Notes: generated by a model not told the origin, from the letters alone. DNA of 63,919 nucleotides, filler included, from Octopus bimaculoides (GCF_001194135.2; 5 parts of 4 records of this genome joined end to end with filler, not necessarily neighbours in it), one strand, 5' to 3'. Positions 49,283 through 62,349 are shown, counted from the whole stretch's first letter. Numbers and translations: made by a program.

Positions 49283-49555
49283 TCATCATCATCATCATCA
49301 TCATCCTTTAACGTCCGTTTTCCATGCTGGCATGGGTTAAATGGTTTGACTGGAGACTGGCAAGCAAGGAGGCCATACCAGGTTCCAATCTGATCTGGCA
49401 ATCGATGCCCTTCCTAACGCCAACCACTCCGAGAGTGTAGTGGGTGCTTTTTATGTGCCACTGGCATGGGAGCCAGTCAGGTGGCACTGGCATCAGCCAT
49501 GTTCAGGTGGTGCTTTTTACATGCTACCGGTACAGGAGCCAGTTGGGGTGGAGAG
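49283..49555 (-). mobile_element. Retroposon 3' end with (GAT)n tail (RTE-type tail inferred)
   Basis: (CAT)n followed by CTTTAACGTCCGTTTTCCATGCTGGCATGGG; internal imperfect repeats of GTGCCACTGGCA...GGAGCCAGT. Confidence 0.6.
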
Positions 49556-49667
49556 GGTGGGTGGCATTGACCACCCACCCCTAGGGGTCAGCCACACTTA
49601 AGTGGCAATATACTTCACTTTATCGTGCAGTTACTGTTAATACTTCATTTAGAGAATTAACATTGCT

Positions 49668-49703
<36 letters not shown>

Positions 49704-49797
49704 TAATACTAGGGATAAAATCCAAAATTATAGGTAAAAACTCAATTAAAATCAATATATTAAAAACTAAAATTAAATTAAGTTTAACAGAGTAAAA

Positions 49798-50088
49798 TAT
49801 ATATAAATATATAATTTTAGGGAAAAGAACCAAGGTTCATGAACTCATCGATGAAAATCTACTGTCACATAGAAAAATTAATAATTAAAAGCACAATAAA
49901 TGAGTATAATATAACAAAGTAAATATCATAAGATAAAGATGTTATTATCTTTATCTTATGATATTTACTTTGTATTATATTATACTCATTTATTGTGCTT
50001 TTAATTATTAATTTATCTATGTGACAGTAGATTTTCATTGATGAGTTCATGAACCTTGGTTCTTTTCCCTAAAACTATATATTTATAT
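49798..50088. repeat. Near-perfect long palindrome (~143-bp arms, 6-bp spacer)
   Basis: Arms 49798-49940 and 49947-50088 are reverse complements with few differences. Confidence 0.95.
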
Positions 50089-50419
50089 ATATACATATAT
50101 ATAGATAGATATACATATATAAGTATGCATATATGTATACCTTACATATGTAACTAGCTATCTATTTATCTATCTATCTATATATATATAACTGCATAAA
50201 CACACACACATAAATAGGGTTAATAAGATTTGGGTAAACGCTTGTGGTATGCTATGCATACAACATACAGAGTGAAACAACAGTATGATCTAACAAAGGC
50301 ATATTTCAAATGATCATCTGCTCTTACTATTTTGATGGAGGATAGTGATTACACAAATTACTAATGATATATCACCAATATAGTATGGGTGTAATGATGT
50401 GTGGAAACAATAGTAATGT

Positions 50420-50820
50420 CGAGGGCTTCTAAGCCCTTTATTGGACTATATTCCTTAGTCATTGCATGGTGATTGCCATAAGCATTAATCTTATATAAAA
50501 ATATGATTATTATTATTTACAGGATTGTAAATCACAGAGCTGTAATAAAAAAGCCCGAGAGCATATAGAAAGTTTGTTTACATAAAAACAACTACGAACT
50601 TATATATAGTTCTTAAATTTGAGAGAAAGTGGGAGGTCGATTCACTGGTGTATAAGTAACACACCTGGTTGTGTTAACAAAAGGATGTGAGTTCACCTCC
50701 CTCACGGATAGGAAAGCCTTCTTTTTCCTGCCGAGGGGCTTACATGCGCCTTTATTACACTATTTTCCTTAGCCATTGTACGATGATTGCCATAAGCTTT
50801 AAGCTTATATAAAATAGCAT
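50420..50820. repeat. Diverged ~85-bp direct repeats flanking unique sequence
   Basis: GAGGGCTT...CCTTTATT...TTCCTTAG.CATTG...TGATTGCCATAAGC.TTAA.CTTATATAAAA at ~50420-50505 and ~50733-50820. Confidence 0.75.
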
Positions 50821-51969
50821 ATATATATATATATATATATANNNNNNNNNNNNNNNNNNNNNNNNNNNNNNNNNNNNNNNNNNNNNNNNNNNNNNNNNNN
50901 NNNNNNNNNNNNNNNNNNNNNNNNNNNNNNNNNNNNNNNNNNNNNNNNNNNNNNNNNNNNNNNNNNNNNNNNNNNNNNNNNNNNNNNNNNNNNNNNNNNN
51001 NNNNNNNNNNNNNNNNNNNNNNNNNNNNNNNNNNNNNNNNNNNNNNNNNNNNNNNNNNNNNNNNNNNNNNNNNNNNNNNNNNNNNNNNNNNNNNNNNNNN
51101 NNNNNNNNNNNNNNNNNNNNNNNNNNNNNNNNNNNNNNNNNNNNNNNNNNNNNNNNNNNNNNNNNNNNNNNNNNNNNNNNNNNNNNNNNNNNNNNNNNNN
51201 NNNNNNNNNNNNNNNNNNNNNNNNNNNNNNNNNNNNNNNNNNNNNNNNNNNNNNNNNNNNNNNNNNNNNNNNNNNNNNNNNNNNNNNNNNNNNNNNNNNN
51301 NNNNNNNNNNNNNNNNNNNNNNNNNNNNNNNNNNNNNNNNNNNNNNNNNNNNNNNNNNNNNNNNNNNNNNNNNNNNNNNNNNNNNNNNNNNNNNNNNNNN
51401 NNNNNNNNNNNNNNNNNNNNNNNNNNNNNNNNNNNNNNNNNNNNNNNNNNNNNNNNNNNNNNNNNNNNNNNNNNNNNNNNNNNNNNNNNNNNNNNNNNNN
51501 NNNNNNNNNNNNNNNNNNNNNNNNNNNNNNNNNNNNNNNNNNNNNNNNNNNNNNNNNNNNNNNNNNNNNNNNNNNNNNNNNNNNNNNNNNNNNNNNNNNN
51601 NNNNNNNNNNNNNNNNNNNNNNNNNNNNNNNNNNNNNNNNNNNNNNNNNNNNNNNNNNNNNNNNNNNNNNNNNNNNNNNNNNNNNNNNNNNNNNNNNNNN
51701 NNNNNNNNNNNNNNATATATGTCAGCTCAGCTCTTTAATGCCCTGCCAAAATAATTGAGAGACCTGAAAGACATGGATATAGAGGTATTCAAAACTATAT
51801 TTGACACTATATGTCATTTTTATAATTACTGATATGACATAATATGTCACATGTGTTTGTATATTGTTATTATTGTCCTTTTAATAAACAAATAAACAAG
51901 TAAATTGACATAATACAATGTGTGCAAGTTGATGAATACCCCCTGTTAATCCTATCCATTTTCTTATTG

Positions 51970-52014
<45 letters not shown>

Positions 52015-52099
52015 CATAGAAGTATAAATATATATATATACATGCAGGTATTTTTATAGGTACCTCTATACACATATTATTACTTATTTGCTTAAGTTA

Positions 52100-52240
52100 T
52101 TAGTTGAATGAACCAAACCCAGTACCCAAAACCACTCAGTTCCAGGTTGAGTCTCAATTCATGGCATCTAGCAACTAACCTCCACTATAGCCTCAGGGTA
52201 ACCAAATCCTTGTGAGTGGATTTGGAAGACAGAAAGTTAC
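52100..52240 (+). mobile_element. Diverged SINE family A fragment
   Basis: CACTATAGCCTCAGGGTAACCAAATCCTTGTGAGTGGATTTGGAAGACAGAAA. Confidence 0.65.
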
Positions 52241-52286
52241 CACAAAGAAATATATAAAGAAATATCTATCTCTCTGTCTGACTGAC

Positions 52287-52329
<43 letters not shown>

Positions 52330-52330
52330 A

Positions 52331-52609
52331 TGTGGAGGCGCAATGGCCCAGTGGTTAGGGCAGCAGACTCGCGGTCATAGGATCGCGGTTTCGATTCCCA
52401 GACCAGGCATTGTGAGAGTTTATTGAGTGAAAACACCTAAAGCTCCACAAGGCTCCAGCAGGGGATGGTGGCGATCCCTGCTGTACTCTTTCACCACAAC
52501 TTTCTCTCACTCTTACTTCCTGTTTCTGTTGTGCCTGTAATTCAAAGGGTCAGCCATGTCACACTCTGTTACGCTGAATATCCCCGAGAACTACGTTAAA
52601 GGTACACGT
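52331..52609 (+). mobile_element. SINE family C, cut by spacer
   Basis: Close homolog of 9642-9918. Confidence 0.92.
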
Positions 52610-52709
52610 NNNNNNNNNNNNNNNNNNNNNNNNNNNNNNNNNNNNNNNNNNNNTTAATTAATTAANNNNNNNNNNNNNNNNNNNNNNNNNNNNNNNNNNN
52701 NNNNNNNNN
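52610..52709. other. Artificial scaffold spacer 44N-TTAATTAATTAA-44N
   Basis: Same 100-bp structure. Confidence 0.97.
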
Positions 52710-52730
52710 TATATATATATATATATATAT

Positions 52731-54095
52731 ATGATCCAGCATAGTTTGCTTTCTGTCTCAATTAAGACTATGTCGGCCTTTCTATTATCTATCTCACGGT
52801 CGTACTGAATCATAAAATCACACATCATCTCTTTGCATTATCATTTTCGATGATGCCTTTAAGTTTGTGGTTGAACCAATATTTTTTCTCTGTCAAATCA
52901 ATACTTGTTGCAAACTGTCCAATGGACAAGCCTTGCTATATTGTCGTGGCGTCTCTTATATACTTTCTGAACTAGTGACGTACATTGGATGGTAATATGC
53001 CATAATGTTTCATCATTTTCTAGACAGACCCTACACTTATCACTTCTGCCGTGTTGTCTACTCTGTATTTTATGTAGTTTGTTCTCAGTGCTTGCTCTTG
53101 GGCAGCACAGATTAGCGCCTCCGTTTCTGGTTTTAAATCGCTATTAGTCATCCACAGCCATCTTATTTATCTGTCTGTCTTATCTTGAACATCCCTATGA
53201 ACTTGTCTATGCATTAGTTTGTTCACCCATCTATTTTCAGTTTCAATAGCTTCCAATTACTTGTACAATGCTTTATCCCTGTAATCGTTCATACTACACA
53301 GGCCTGACCTTCTTATTTCTAATAATAGCGATTCTGTGGCAATTATTACATACCATGCTATGTTGTTTTCTTCTGCTCTAATACTGTATTCTGTGTTCGC
53401 ATCCAATAATTCCACTTCCCTATCCTTTTCTTGGTACATACAGTCTGTCTTTGTCACGTTTTGTGTGGAAAGACCCATAACTAGTTAGCTACTTCCTTGT
53501 CTTTCTGTCTAAGCTGTTTAGTTCGTCTACTGTTCATGCGATTACCCCTGTGTTATATCTAAGTATTGAAACCTCCCAGGTGTTGATAGCTTCAATCTTA
53601 TTCCGTCCGTTTAATTTCGACTTAAGGATCAGTCTCAGTTTGCGCAAGTACTCCACCTGAATTTTTTCTGTCATTTCTTTCTCCATCAATTCATCCCTTT
53701 CCAAATTCTCCAAGTACTTATATCCCGTCTCTTCTGTTTGTTTCATAGCCTCCCCCGACGGTATCGTTAGCCCGAACATACATTACATTTGGCCTCTCTT
53801 CAAGACTGACACTCCGCCCTTTCTCAGCCCGAAATCCATTCTGATACCAGTACTGAAGGTATACACCGTATCAACGAGGGAACTGACTTGAGCTTCATAT
53901 TTACCATATATTTTGGGATCATCCATGAATAACAAACGTTTGACTGCTTGTTAGTGTCTTTTGAATATATACCCAGCTTATGCTTTCCTCAGTATCCGTG
54001 TTAGTGGTATCAAGCACAGTACAAAAATAAGTGGGGAAAGGCAGTCCCCTTGGAAGAGGCCCCTCTTGATTTCTACTCTCCCTAAACTTCATTAT
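52731..54095 (-). mobile_element. R4/Dong-clade LINE fragment (RT core, CCHC knuckle, start of RLE), copy 4
   Basis: GLFQGDCLSPLIFVLCLIPL, LFMDD, YKYL, KLNGRNKIEAINTW, CRVC-x8-H-x4-C, KRRHDNIARLVHW, RKADIVLIE. Confidence 0.9.
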
Positions 54096-54889
54096 TATTG
54101 TCATTGATGCTGTTGTTGTTATTAATGGGGATATGATATCAGTACTCTCCCCGCTCCTTCCATAGTAGATATAACCTACTGACACTCTGGGAGGTAGCGA
54201 CATGTACATGAACATACTCTTTCTGGTCTTACAGTTTCTGTCTCTTAAATATAATATCATATATTGTCGTCTAAATTTGTTTGGTACGTTTAGAAAAGAC
54301 TAAACGATTCTCAAGATTGTCATCTTTATCTCTGTTCCAAATTGTCCACCGCGTATTATGTTGGTTCAATTTCTAATGTGGCTAGATTAGATGTAATGTA
54401 GGAAGCTTTGAGTTTCAAAGATGTATCCTTAATTCTTCACATCCAAGGTTTGAATATATTACCCGGTATACGTGATAGCAAAAATGTAATATAAAAACTG
54501 CTGATGCGAAGCATAAGCATACACTATATAATGTTTCACTGAAGATCAGCATAAGCAATAAACATGACTACAACAAACATAACATCATCTGCACCAACAT
54601 ACATTACGAACCTTCACCATCAAACAAAAAAAAACATAAAGTTTGAACCTTCGTTTAGTGGTGTAGTTTCTCAAGCTGAAAACGGTTTACTTCTAACATT
54701 TTCGACAAAATGTCTTATTTTAGAAGTTATTTCGTGTTAAAGTCGTTGTATTTTTGTATTTTTAACCAACCAGCGACGTGTGTTTATCTGAAGAAAGCTG
54801 TTTGCAATAGTAATCGAAGAGCAACGAATACCGGGTCAAAATCACTTTATAATGTCACTATTTTTCAGGTTACATTACGTTTTCAGTCA

Positions 54890-55088
54890 ACGGCGAGCTG
54901 ACAAACATTATGAGCACGCCAGGCTTTATGTTTAGCGGCATCGTGGCGGTCTTCAAGTTCTGAGTTCAAAATTCGTCGTTGTCGAGTTTGCCTTTCATCT
55001 TTATGCGGTTGATATGAGTACCAATTAAACGCTAGGGTCGGTACCCACCTCCTTAATTGCTGGCCTGTCGCCAAAATTTGAAGTAAAT
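54890..55088 (+). mobile_element. SINE family B, diverged (tail variant 3)
   Basis: ACGGCGAGCTGAC...GTTCTGAGTTCAAAATTCG...TTTGCCTTTCATC...AATTGCTGGCCTGTCGCCAAAATTTGAA. Confidence 0.8.
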
Positions 55089-55806
55089 TCATCAGAAACT
55101 TTTACCCATACGTGTGGGCAGAATATAAAAGATATTTTGAGTTTGTTTCTGTATGAAGTTTAATTTCTTTCTTTAATATTTTCAGTTTACTTGCATAAGG
55201 AAATAACTAGGACCCTTTATACTGCGTCGACTGGAAGAAATCTGAAAATGTTATAAAGGTAAATAAATTATTTTAAAGTGTACAGAAAAGTGGGGAAACA
55301 CACTTATCTTAATTGCAATGGAACATATTAATAATGATCTTAAACAGAAAGTTAGCACACTAACATTTTATCTATGAGTATACATATAAAATATATATAA
55401 AGTATATAAACATATTCCTATGTAAATATTAATTTTTCTGGTAGAAAAAGAGCACGAATCCAACAGATTAAATAGAAATTCATGTTTAAAATCATATAGG
55501 TATATCTGGTCTTATATAATTTTCCAGTTATTGACATCGATATCGGTTTCTGGTGAATTTTTGATGTCATATAGCATAACTTATTCTTCGACAATATTGA
55601 AGCCACGCAATGACAAATCTCAATATATCCGCTTCCTAGAAGAGCGTTGAATGGATTATCCAATTCTTAATCCATACCATATATATCTCAATAAATTTTG
55701 TGTATGATGCTTCAAATACACATCAATGACAAACTTACTTAACCGCCATAAATTTTGAGCAACATCTAGCCGAAATGAATATTTGGAAGTTGAATCTACC
55801 TCTATA

Positions 55807-55842
<36 letters not shown>

Positions 55843-55845
55843 CTT

Positions 55846-55892
55846 GGCTACTCTGCATTGACAAGGGGCAACACCCTGAAACTAGTCTAGCC
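55846..55892 (+). ncRNA. Degenerate minimal type-I hammerhead-like motif
   Basis: GGCTA-C[TCTGCAT]TGACAA-GGGG-CAACA-CCCT-GAAA-C-TA-G-TC-TAGCC: stems pair, but the core has an insertion and a G-to-A change. Confidence 0.45.
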
Positions 55893-57175
55893 TGCAGATG
55901 CCAAACCAGCAGGGGGACACTGCTGACCTCCCCTGTTCGAAGGTTATAAAGGACACAGGTTTCGTGTGTCACATAGCTAGCTAGAGGCGATGGCTTCTTG
56001 GAGCTAATTCACGGCAGCTTTCGTCCTAATTTTGGGACTGCCATGTTGGCTTGGCGATAACTATTAATTTCCAGTACCGCTGCCGTAGTCTCCTTTNNNN
56101 NNNNNNNNNNNNNNNNNNNNNNNNNNNNNNNNNNNNNNNNNNNNNNNNNNNNNNNNNNNNNNNNNNNNNNNNNNNNNNNNNNNNNNNNNNNNNNNNNNNN
56201 NNNNNNNNNNNNNNNNNNNNNNNNNNNNNNNNNNNNNNNNNNNNNNNNNNNNNNNNNNNNNNNNNNNNNNNNNNNNNNNNNNNNNNNNNNNNNNNNNNNN
56301 NNNNNNNTATATATATATATATATATATTAGTAATGTGCCAATGTCTGGGCAAGAAACAAATAAATTTATAAAAATGAGCATCGGTTAAGTATCGGCAAA
56401 CCTTTTATATCATGGTTTTGGTATGTGTCGGGAGGATTATTTATTGAGAATTAAATCACTGGAGGATTCAGGGAGTTTTTTTTTAAGTTGTTTTTTTTTT
56501 ATTTCCGCAGGCATATTCCATTGGCATTGTTAGCTCCTTTTTGACTTAATATCAATCATATGATTCATAATTAATTAATACGTATTTATATTTAATTCTT
56601 ATATAATTTTTGCTTCCAGAAACCATTCAAATTCTACGCGTAATATACTCAATTTTATTGAATTTGTCTGAAACTGTTTTTGTAATCTACAAAATAAATT
56701 ACAGTTGAAATTTATATAAGTAAATAGAGTTTTGAGTAGTAATCGACTATAACTCTCACCCCAAAATTACGAGACTTATGCTTTCGTTAGAAAGGATCAT
56801 TTAAAAAAAAATAAGATTTCAATTCTAACTTTGTACACTGAATCTCATAAATACAGCGATTTTCTGATCTGTTCACCGTTTTTCAAGTTTAGCTTCAAAT
56901 ATATTCGATAAGGTAGACATATATCCAACCATATTTTAAAATACATCATACATAGTGCCGTTATGCTTTCTCAGTTTGGAAATGGATGATTACAGTACTG
57001 TGTATTCATGACAGGATAGGATTGCCTTAACGTTTGCTCCCATTATATAGCCGTGAGGCAGTCATTGACACTCTGTTAATAATGGAATCTATGAGAGTTC
57101 TATTGTCTTGTAGAGGTCAAATTATCTATTTCGGCACGAAGAAACTATAATGATGTGTTCGCATTTCATTTCGGA

Positions 57176-57472
57176 GGAGGTAGGAGTGGCTGTGTGGTAA
57201 GTAGCTTGCTTAGGAACCACATGGTTTCGGATTCAGTCCCACTGCGTGACACCTTGGGCAAGTGTCTTCAACTATAGCCTCGGGCCGACCAAAGATGGGA
57301 ACTGAATGAAGCCCATCCTATATATATATATATATGGGGGGGGGGGAGTATGTGTTTGTGTGTCTGTGTTTGTCTCCCCAACATCGCTTGACAATCGATG
57401 CTGGTGTGCTTACGTCCCCGTAACATAGCGGTTCGGCAAAAGAGAGTCGATAGAATAAGTACTAGGCTTACA
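57176..57472 (+). mobile_element. SINE family A, 3'-truncated
   Basis: Head, body, internal (TA)n-G-run, 3' half up to AATAAGTACTAGGCTTAC. Confidence 0.9.
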
Positions 57473-59613
57473 ATTGTAAAATTTCCTAAGTAAGATGAAT
57501 GTAATATGAGAATCGATAACTAAATTTCTCTGTAGTATTTGAACAACGTCATGAAAGCTTGTATTTGCATTTCAAATCTTTTGTCAGGATAAAATTTAAA
57601 TTTCAAGCACTATGTAGTAACTAAATACTAAGTAATTTTCATTCACTAATCATTGATTAAACCTGCAATTTCATCATGTGTTCTTCTTTACCAAAATAGG
57701 AGACCTGATCAGACGGTGTCACTTTCACGTTGCTTTATTATAATGATATAGACAGCGTTGAATTCATTAAACAATATACGGAATGCGTTACAATGACATA
57801 GATTAATTTGACCACCTTCCTATACACAAGCATATACTCAGAATAACGCCTTAATTTACATATTCTCACCACCTATTGATTAAAATATCATCCTGGAACA
57901 CAGAAGTCATTACAATCAGCTTAACAAATTAAAAGCATAATTGCAAGTGAAATAATAATTTTTATTTAGCTTGACATATATCAAACCGTTTAAAGAGTTT
58001 ACTTAAATATTCAAATAAATAATCAATCATACACTAGAGTTTCAGAAACAAACTTCCCTGAGTATTGACACATCAACTCTCATCAAATCATGATTCTTTT
58101 CAGTAGAATAAATAATGCCTGTTTAATAGTGATTAATTTTAATTGTCTCATGTATCCTGATTTTTATGAGCGTTCCGTGGAAAATGAATAATCCACATTC
58201 AGGTAACTAAAATATTATGATATAACTCATGATTCAGTATTATAAAGTTATAAATTATAAAGTATAAAACTAAGTAGTTTGAGTTCGGTTGTACACCGAC
58301 ATCTCCGGAGTCATGAGTAATACTAATCTATTCGGAATATCAGATCACGTCCTTGATTTCACTCAAAATTCAATCAACGTAATACGTAAAAACTCCTCTC
58401 ACAACCAACCAAATGTATCTTTAAATCAGCTGTCCGGTGGAATGTACACAAATCTTATGATAACTCTGCCTGGTAGCGTCAGAAATACTTATATACTTAA
58501 CTGAACTTTCCTTCTGCCTACCACATAATATCTATCAACGCCGCAATCCCCAAAATAATTTATTCTCCACAACTGTGAATTTGTAAACCTGAAAATGAAA
58601 AAAAGAAAAAAGCTAGAAATGCCCGAGAAAGTCACCCATGACAAACTCTGGGTTCATGCAGCGAGTCAAATTCAGCGTGAAAAGCAATCAAAAGTAACGT
58701 CCGCCGAATCTTCCTTTTTTTTTTTTTGTTTTTTGCCATGTGTTTTCACTTTCGTTGTTCAATGCCTCTTACACTTTGTAAATTGATATATCAATACGAG
58801 CTACTGATGTAGTGAAAAATACCGCACTGAAAACATATTTATGTACCGAATGCAACTGTCAATTACTCGTTTCAATTCTTACTAGTGTAGCTTTGAACTT
58901 CTTTCAGCCCCTGCGGATACCTATTTGTATGTTTAGCTTGTGTATGCGTTTGTCATCAAAAACATAGTTTTACACCAACTGAGTTTTAGAAAGCAGCACA
59001 ACGCCCATTGATGCAATATAATACAGTATAATCTATAACAGGCCTTAGCGTAATTTCGAGTGTATTGAGAATTGCATTTCTTAACGCTCCATGACACAGC
59101 CTGTGCATAAATTCTCTATCAAAACATATCCAAAATATATAGTTTACAAATACTTCGCAAAAAATGAATAACCATCAGCATTTGTTAGAATATCCATTCA
59201 CATTGTTTGGCAGGAAGTCAAAATTTGAATGAAAGCAATGTGTTCAACAAATAAAATACCTAACTACAAAATCATTCGTTTTGGGTACATAAAAAAAATG
59301 TATCTACGGAAAGACATTCGATATGTTTAATTCAATATAATTCACTTCAAATCTGATTTATTTCATGTCATTTTAACGTTTTCGACTTGTTTTTGTGATG
59401 AAAATGTTGACAACTCATGTACAAATATTGAATTGATGTTTCATTACATTGATAATATTTCTCTGCAGCATAAATGATGCATCAGTTATAAAATACAGAA
59501 GCAGAATAAGTGTCTCGCTAAAAAAGTGCACACAATTCCAATACATATATACATACATGCATACATACATACATACATACACCCATTAATACATACATAC
59601 ATACATACATACT

Positions 59614-59643
<30 letters not shown>

Positions 59644-59644
<1 letters not shown>

Positions 59645-60905
59645 TAGATTGTCAAGAATGTTCTTGCGGAATTTAAAATTTGGTTTTTAAAAGATGTATT
59701 TTGAAATTCGTTTTCGTTGAATTACGTTGACTTTATATATCATTTCAAAGCGTGACTTTCGTTCTATCTATCTATTTCCTTTTGAATAATGAAGCCATTG
59801 TTTCCGGAACATTCAATACAACATGGACAAAAAGCAAATTTGTACAATTTTCTTATTCCATTTCATATTCAATAGGCCGAAATTGTGCTGAAACAGCTCG
59901 CGATATCAACGATGCGTTTGGCCCAGGAACAACTAATGAACTTACAGCACAACGGTGGTTCAAGAAATTTCGTAGCGATGACGAGTCTTGAATATGATAA
60001 GCGTCGTAGTCGGTCATCGGATGTTGACAACGATCAAATAAGAGCCTTAGTTGAAGCCAATTCACACACAGCTGTTCGGGAGCTTGCTTCTGAATTAAAC
60101 GTAACGTATACGTTTAATTCAAACCACTTGAAAGAGATTGGAAAAATAAAAATAGCTGAGAAATCGGTGCCACATGAATAGAACGACAACCAAAAAAGAC
60201 GCCGTCTTGAAGTGTCGTCTTCCGTTCTCTTACGCAAGTAGAACGACCCGTTTCTCGACCGAATTGTGACTTGCGATGAAAAGTGGATTGTTTACGACTA
60301 CCGGTAACTCTGTGCTCTGGTTGGACGCTGACAAAGCTCCACGGCACTTTCCGAAGCCAAAGATGCACCAAAAGAAGGTCATGGTGACTGTTTCGTGGTC
60401 TGCGGCCGTTCTCATCTATCACAGCTTTTTGGATACAAGCGAAACCATTACGGGGAAAGTACTGCCAGCAAATGGATGAAATGCATAAGAAACACCGACA
60501 ACTAGAGACAGCATTGGTCAATAGAAAAAGACCAATTCTTCTCCACAACAGCACTCGGCCGTACGTCGTAAAACTGACCCTGCACAAGTTGAACGAATTA
60601 GGCTACGGACCTCTGCCTCATCCACCATACTCAACAGATCTCTCGCCTACCGACTACCACTTTTCACGCATCTCGACAACTTCCTGCGTGAGAAATGCTT
60701 CAAAAACCAAGGCGATGCCTTCAACGACTGCATCACCAAAATAACGCAGAATTTTTACTTTACTAGCATACTTAAGTTTGTTTCGCGTTGGCAAAAGTGT
60801 GTTGATTATGATGGTGTTTATTTCCATAAATAGAGTTTTGCTTGAGCCGCGGTATGCGCATCGAATTTAAAGGTTAAAAACCAAAGAATTTTCTTGACTA
60901 CCTAA
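59644..60905 (+). mobile_element. Near full-length decayed mariner, Hsmar1/cecropia-like
   Basis: Imperfect ~30-bp TIRs; MDKKQI...ETARDINDAFGPGTTNELTAQRWFKKFR; VTCDEKWIVYD; KMHQKKVMVTVSWS; HPPYSTDLSPTDYH. Confidence 0.92.
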
Positions 60906-60910
60906 AATAT

Positions 60911-62127
60911 ACATGATCCGTAAAGTGTTTGAGGACATAAAAGTTTGGGGTTATTGCTGCTAATTTTGCAAACACTCTACAATCTTTCATTCGGAAAATA
61001 ATAACAGCAAACACTCAGCTTAGTAAAGAAATGTAAAGGCATGCTGTCATTGTGGTTATAAAGGTTTTGCATAACGATCTAGGAATGTCTCCATTTTTAA
61101 ATGTTGCCAGATCTTTCGTCTACATAGTTTGCTAGGCGCTAGAGGCAGAAGTTGGAAACGTATTACCAGTATCATAATATTAAAGCACTCTAAACGCTCT
61201 AAAATCATCCGAACACCTGAATGTATAAAACAAGTTCATCATACCATTGATTACAATCCCAGAAACTTCATGAGATCAATGGCAAAAGATCTCCATACAG
61301 CAGACGAAGCAATCAGAAATGTTGTCCGCGAAGTCATCATATATATGTCTCATATGAGGAAAGGTGGATTTGTCAGTAAAAGAACCAAATGAAATCACTA
61401 CGTCAGATCTAAATTGATAAATCCGGCAAAAGATTCGATTTGGTTTTCCTCGGGCGAGAAAAAAGAAGTTAACAGAAGAAATGACAGATGGTTATGTGCA
61501 GACCCTTCTGAAGTTCCAAGAGCATGCATACAACATTTTCCGCAACTGTTATATTTTTAGGGGTTGTCAACAATGAAGGACATGTGATGCCTCCATATTT
61601 CTATCAACAAGGTCTTAGAGTTAACCCATCTGACTACATTCAGGTCCTGGAAATAATCGTTAAGCTGTGGATAGATAGTGCATTCAAGGGAAGGCCATAT
61701 GTGCTTCAGTAAGACTCTGCACTATCACACATGGATCTAGTAGCAAGAAAATAGATGGCAGAAAATTTTAATAATCACATAACCCGTAACATTTGATCTC
61801 CTAATTCCCCAGATTTCAATCCATTGGACTGTTACTTGTGGAGCGTTGTTGAGAGAGATGTCAATGAACACGCCCATAACACGAAAGATTATTTGAAAGC
61901 TGCCACAGAGTAATGTCCAACAGGAACCGGGACAACTTGACTCGAGCATGTAGAGGATTTAGGTCTAATAGAGAAGCAGCTGTTGAAGCTGAAGGTGGCT
62001 TTATTGACTAACTTTATCGAAGAGGATGTTTACTTTTATCGTCATAGCTTTTTTTTAATAAAGTTATTATCTGTTATGTATCTGTTTTTCTATAAATATA
62101 AACCTGTCCTCGAATATCTTACACCCC

Positions 62128-62130
<3 letters not shown>
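60911..62130 (+). mobile_element. Near full-length decayed DD37D/maT-like transposon
   Basis: VIFLGVVNNEGHVMPP...RPYVLQ*DSA...SPNSPDFNPLDCYLW; diverged TIRs containing GAGGACA / TGTCCTC; ends ACACCCCCTG before a TA run. Confidence 0.85.
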
Positions 62131-62186
<56 letters not shown>

Positions 62187-62294
62187 CAAGGAAACTGATC
62201 GCAAACAAACATGGAGGATCGTTAGAGAGAGACAGAGACAGAGAGAGACAGAGAGAGACATATATAGATAGACAAACAGACAGACAGATAGATC

Positions 62295-62349
<55 letters not shown>

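Noticed and set aside
58289-58504. 71-aa plus-strand ORF with natural-looking composition
   Set aside because: TTG start directly after a stop, weak acceptor, no recognisable homology.
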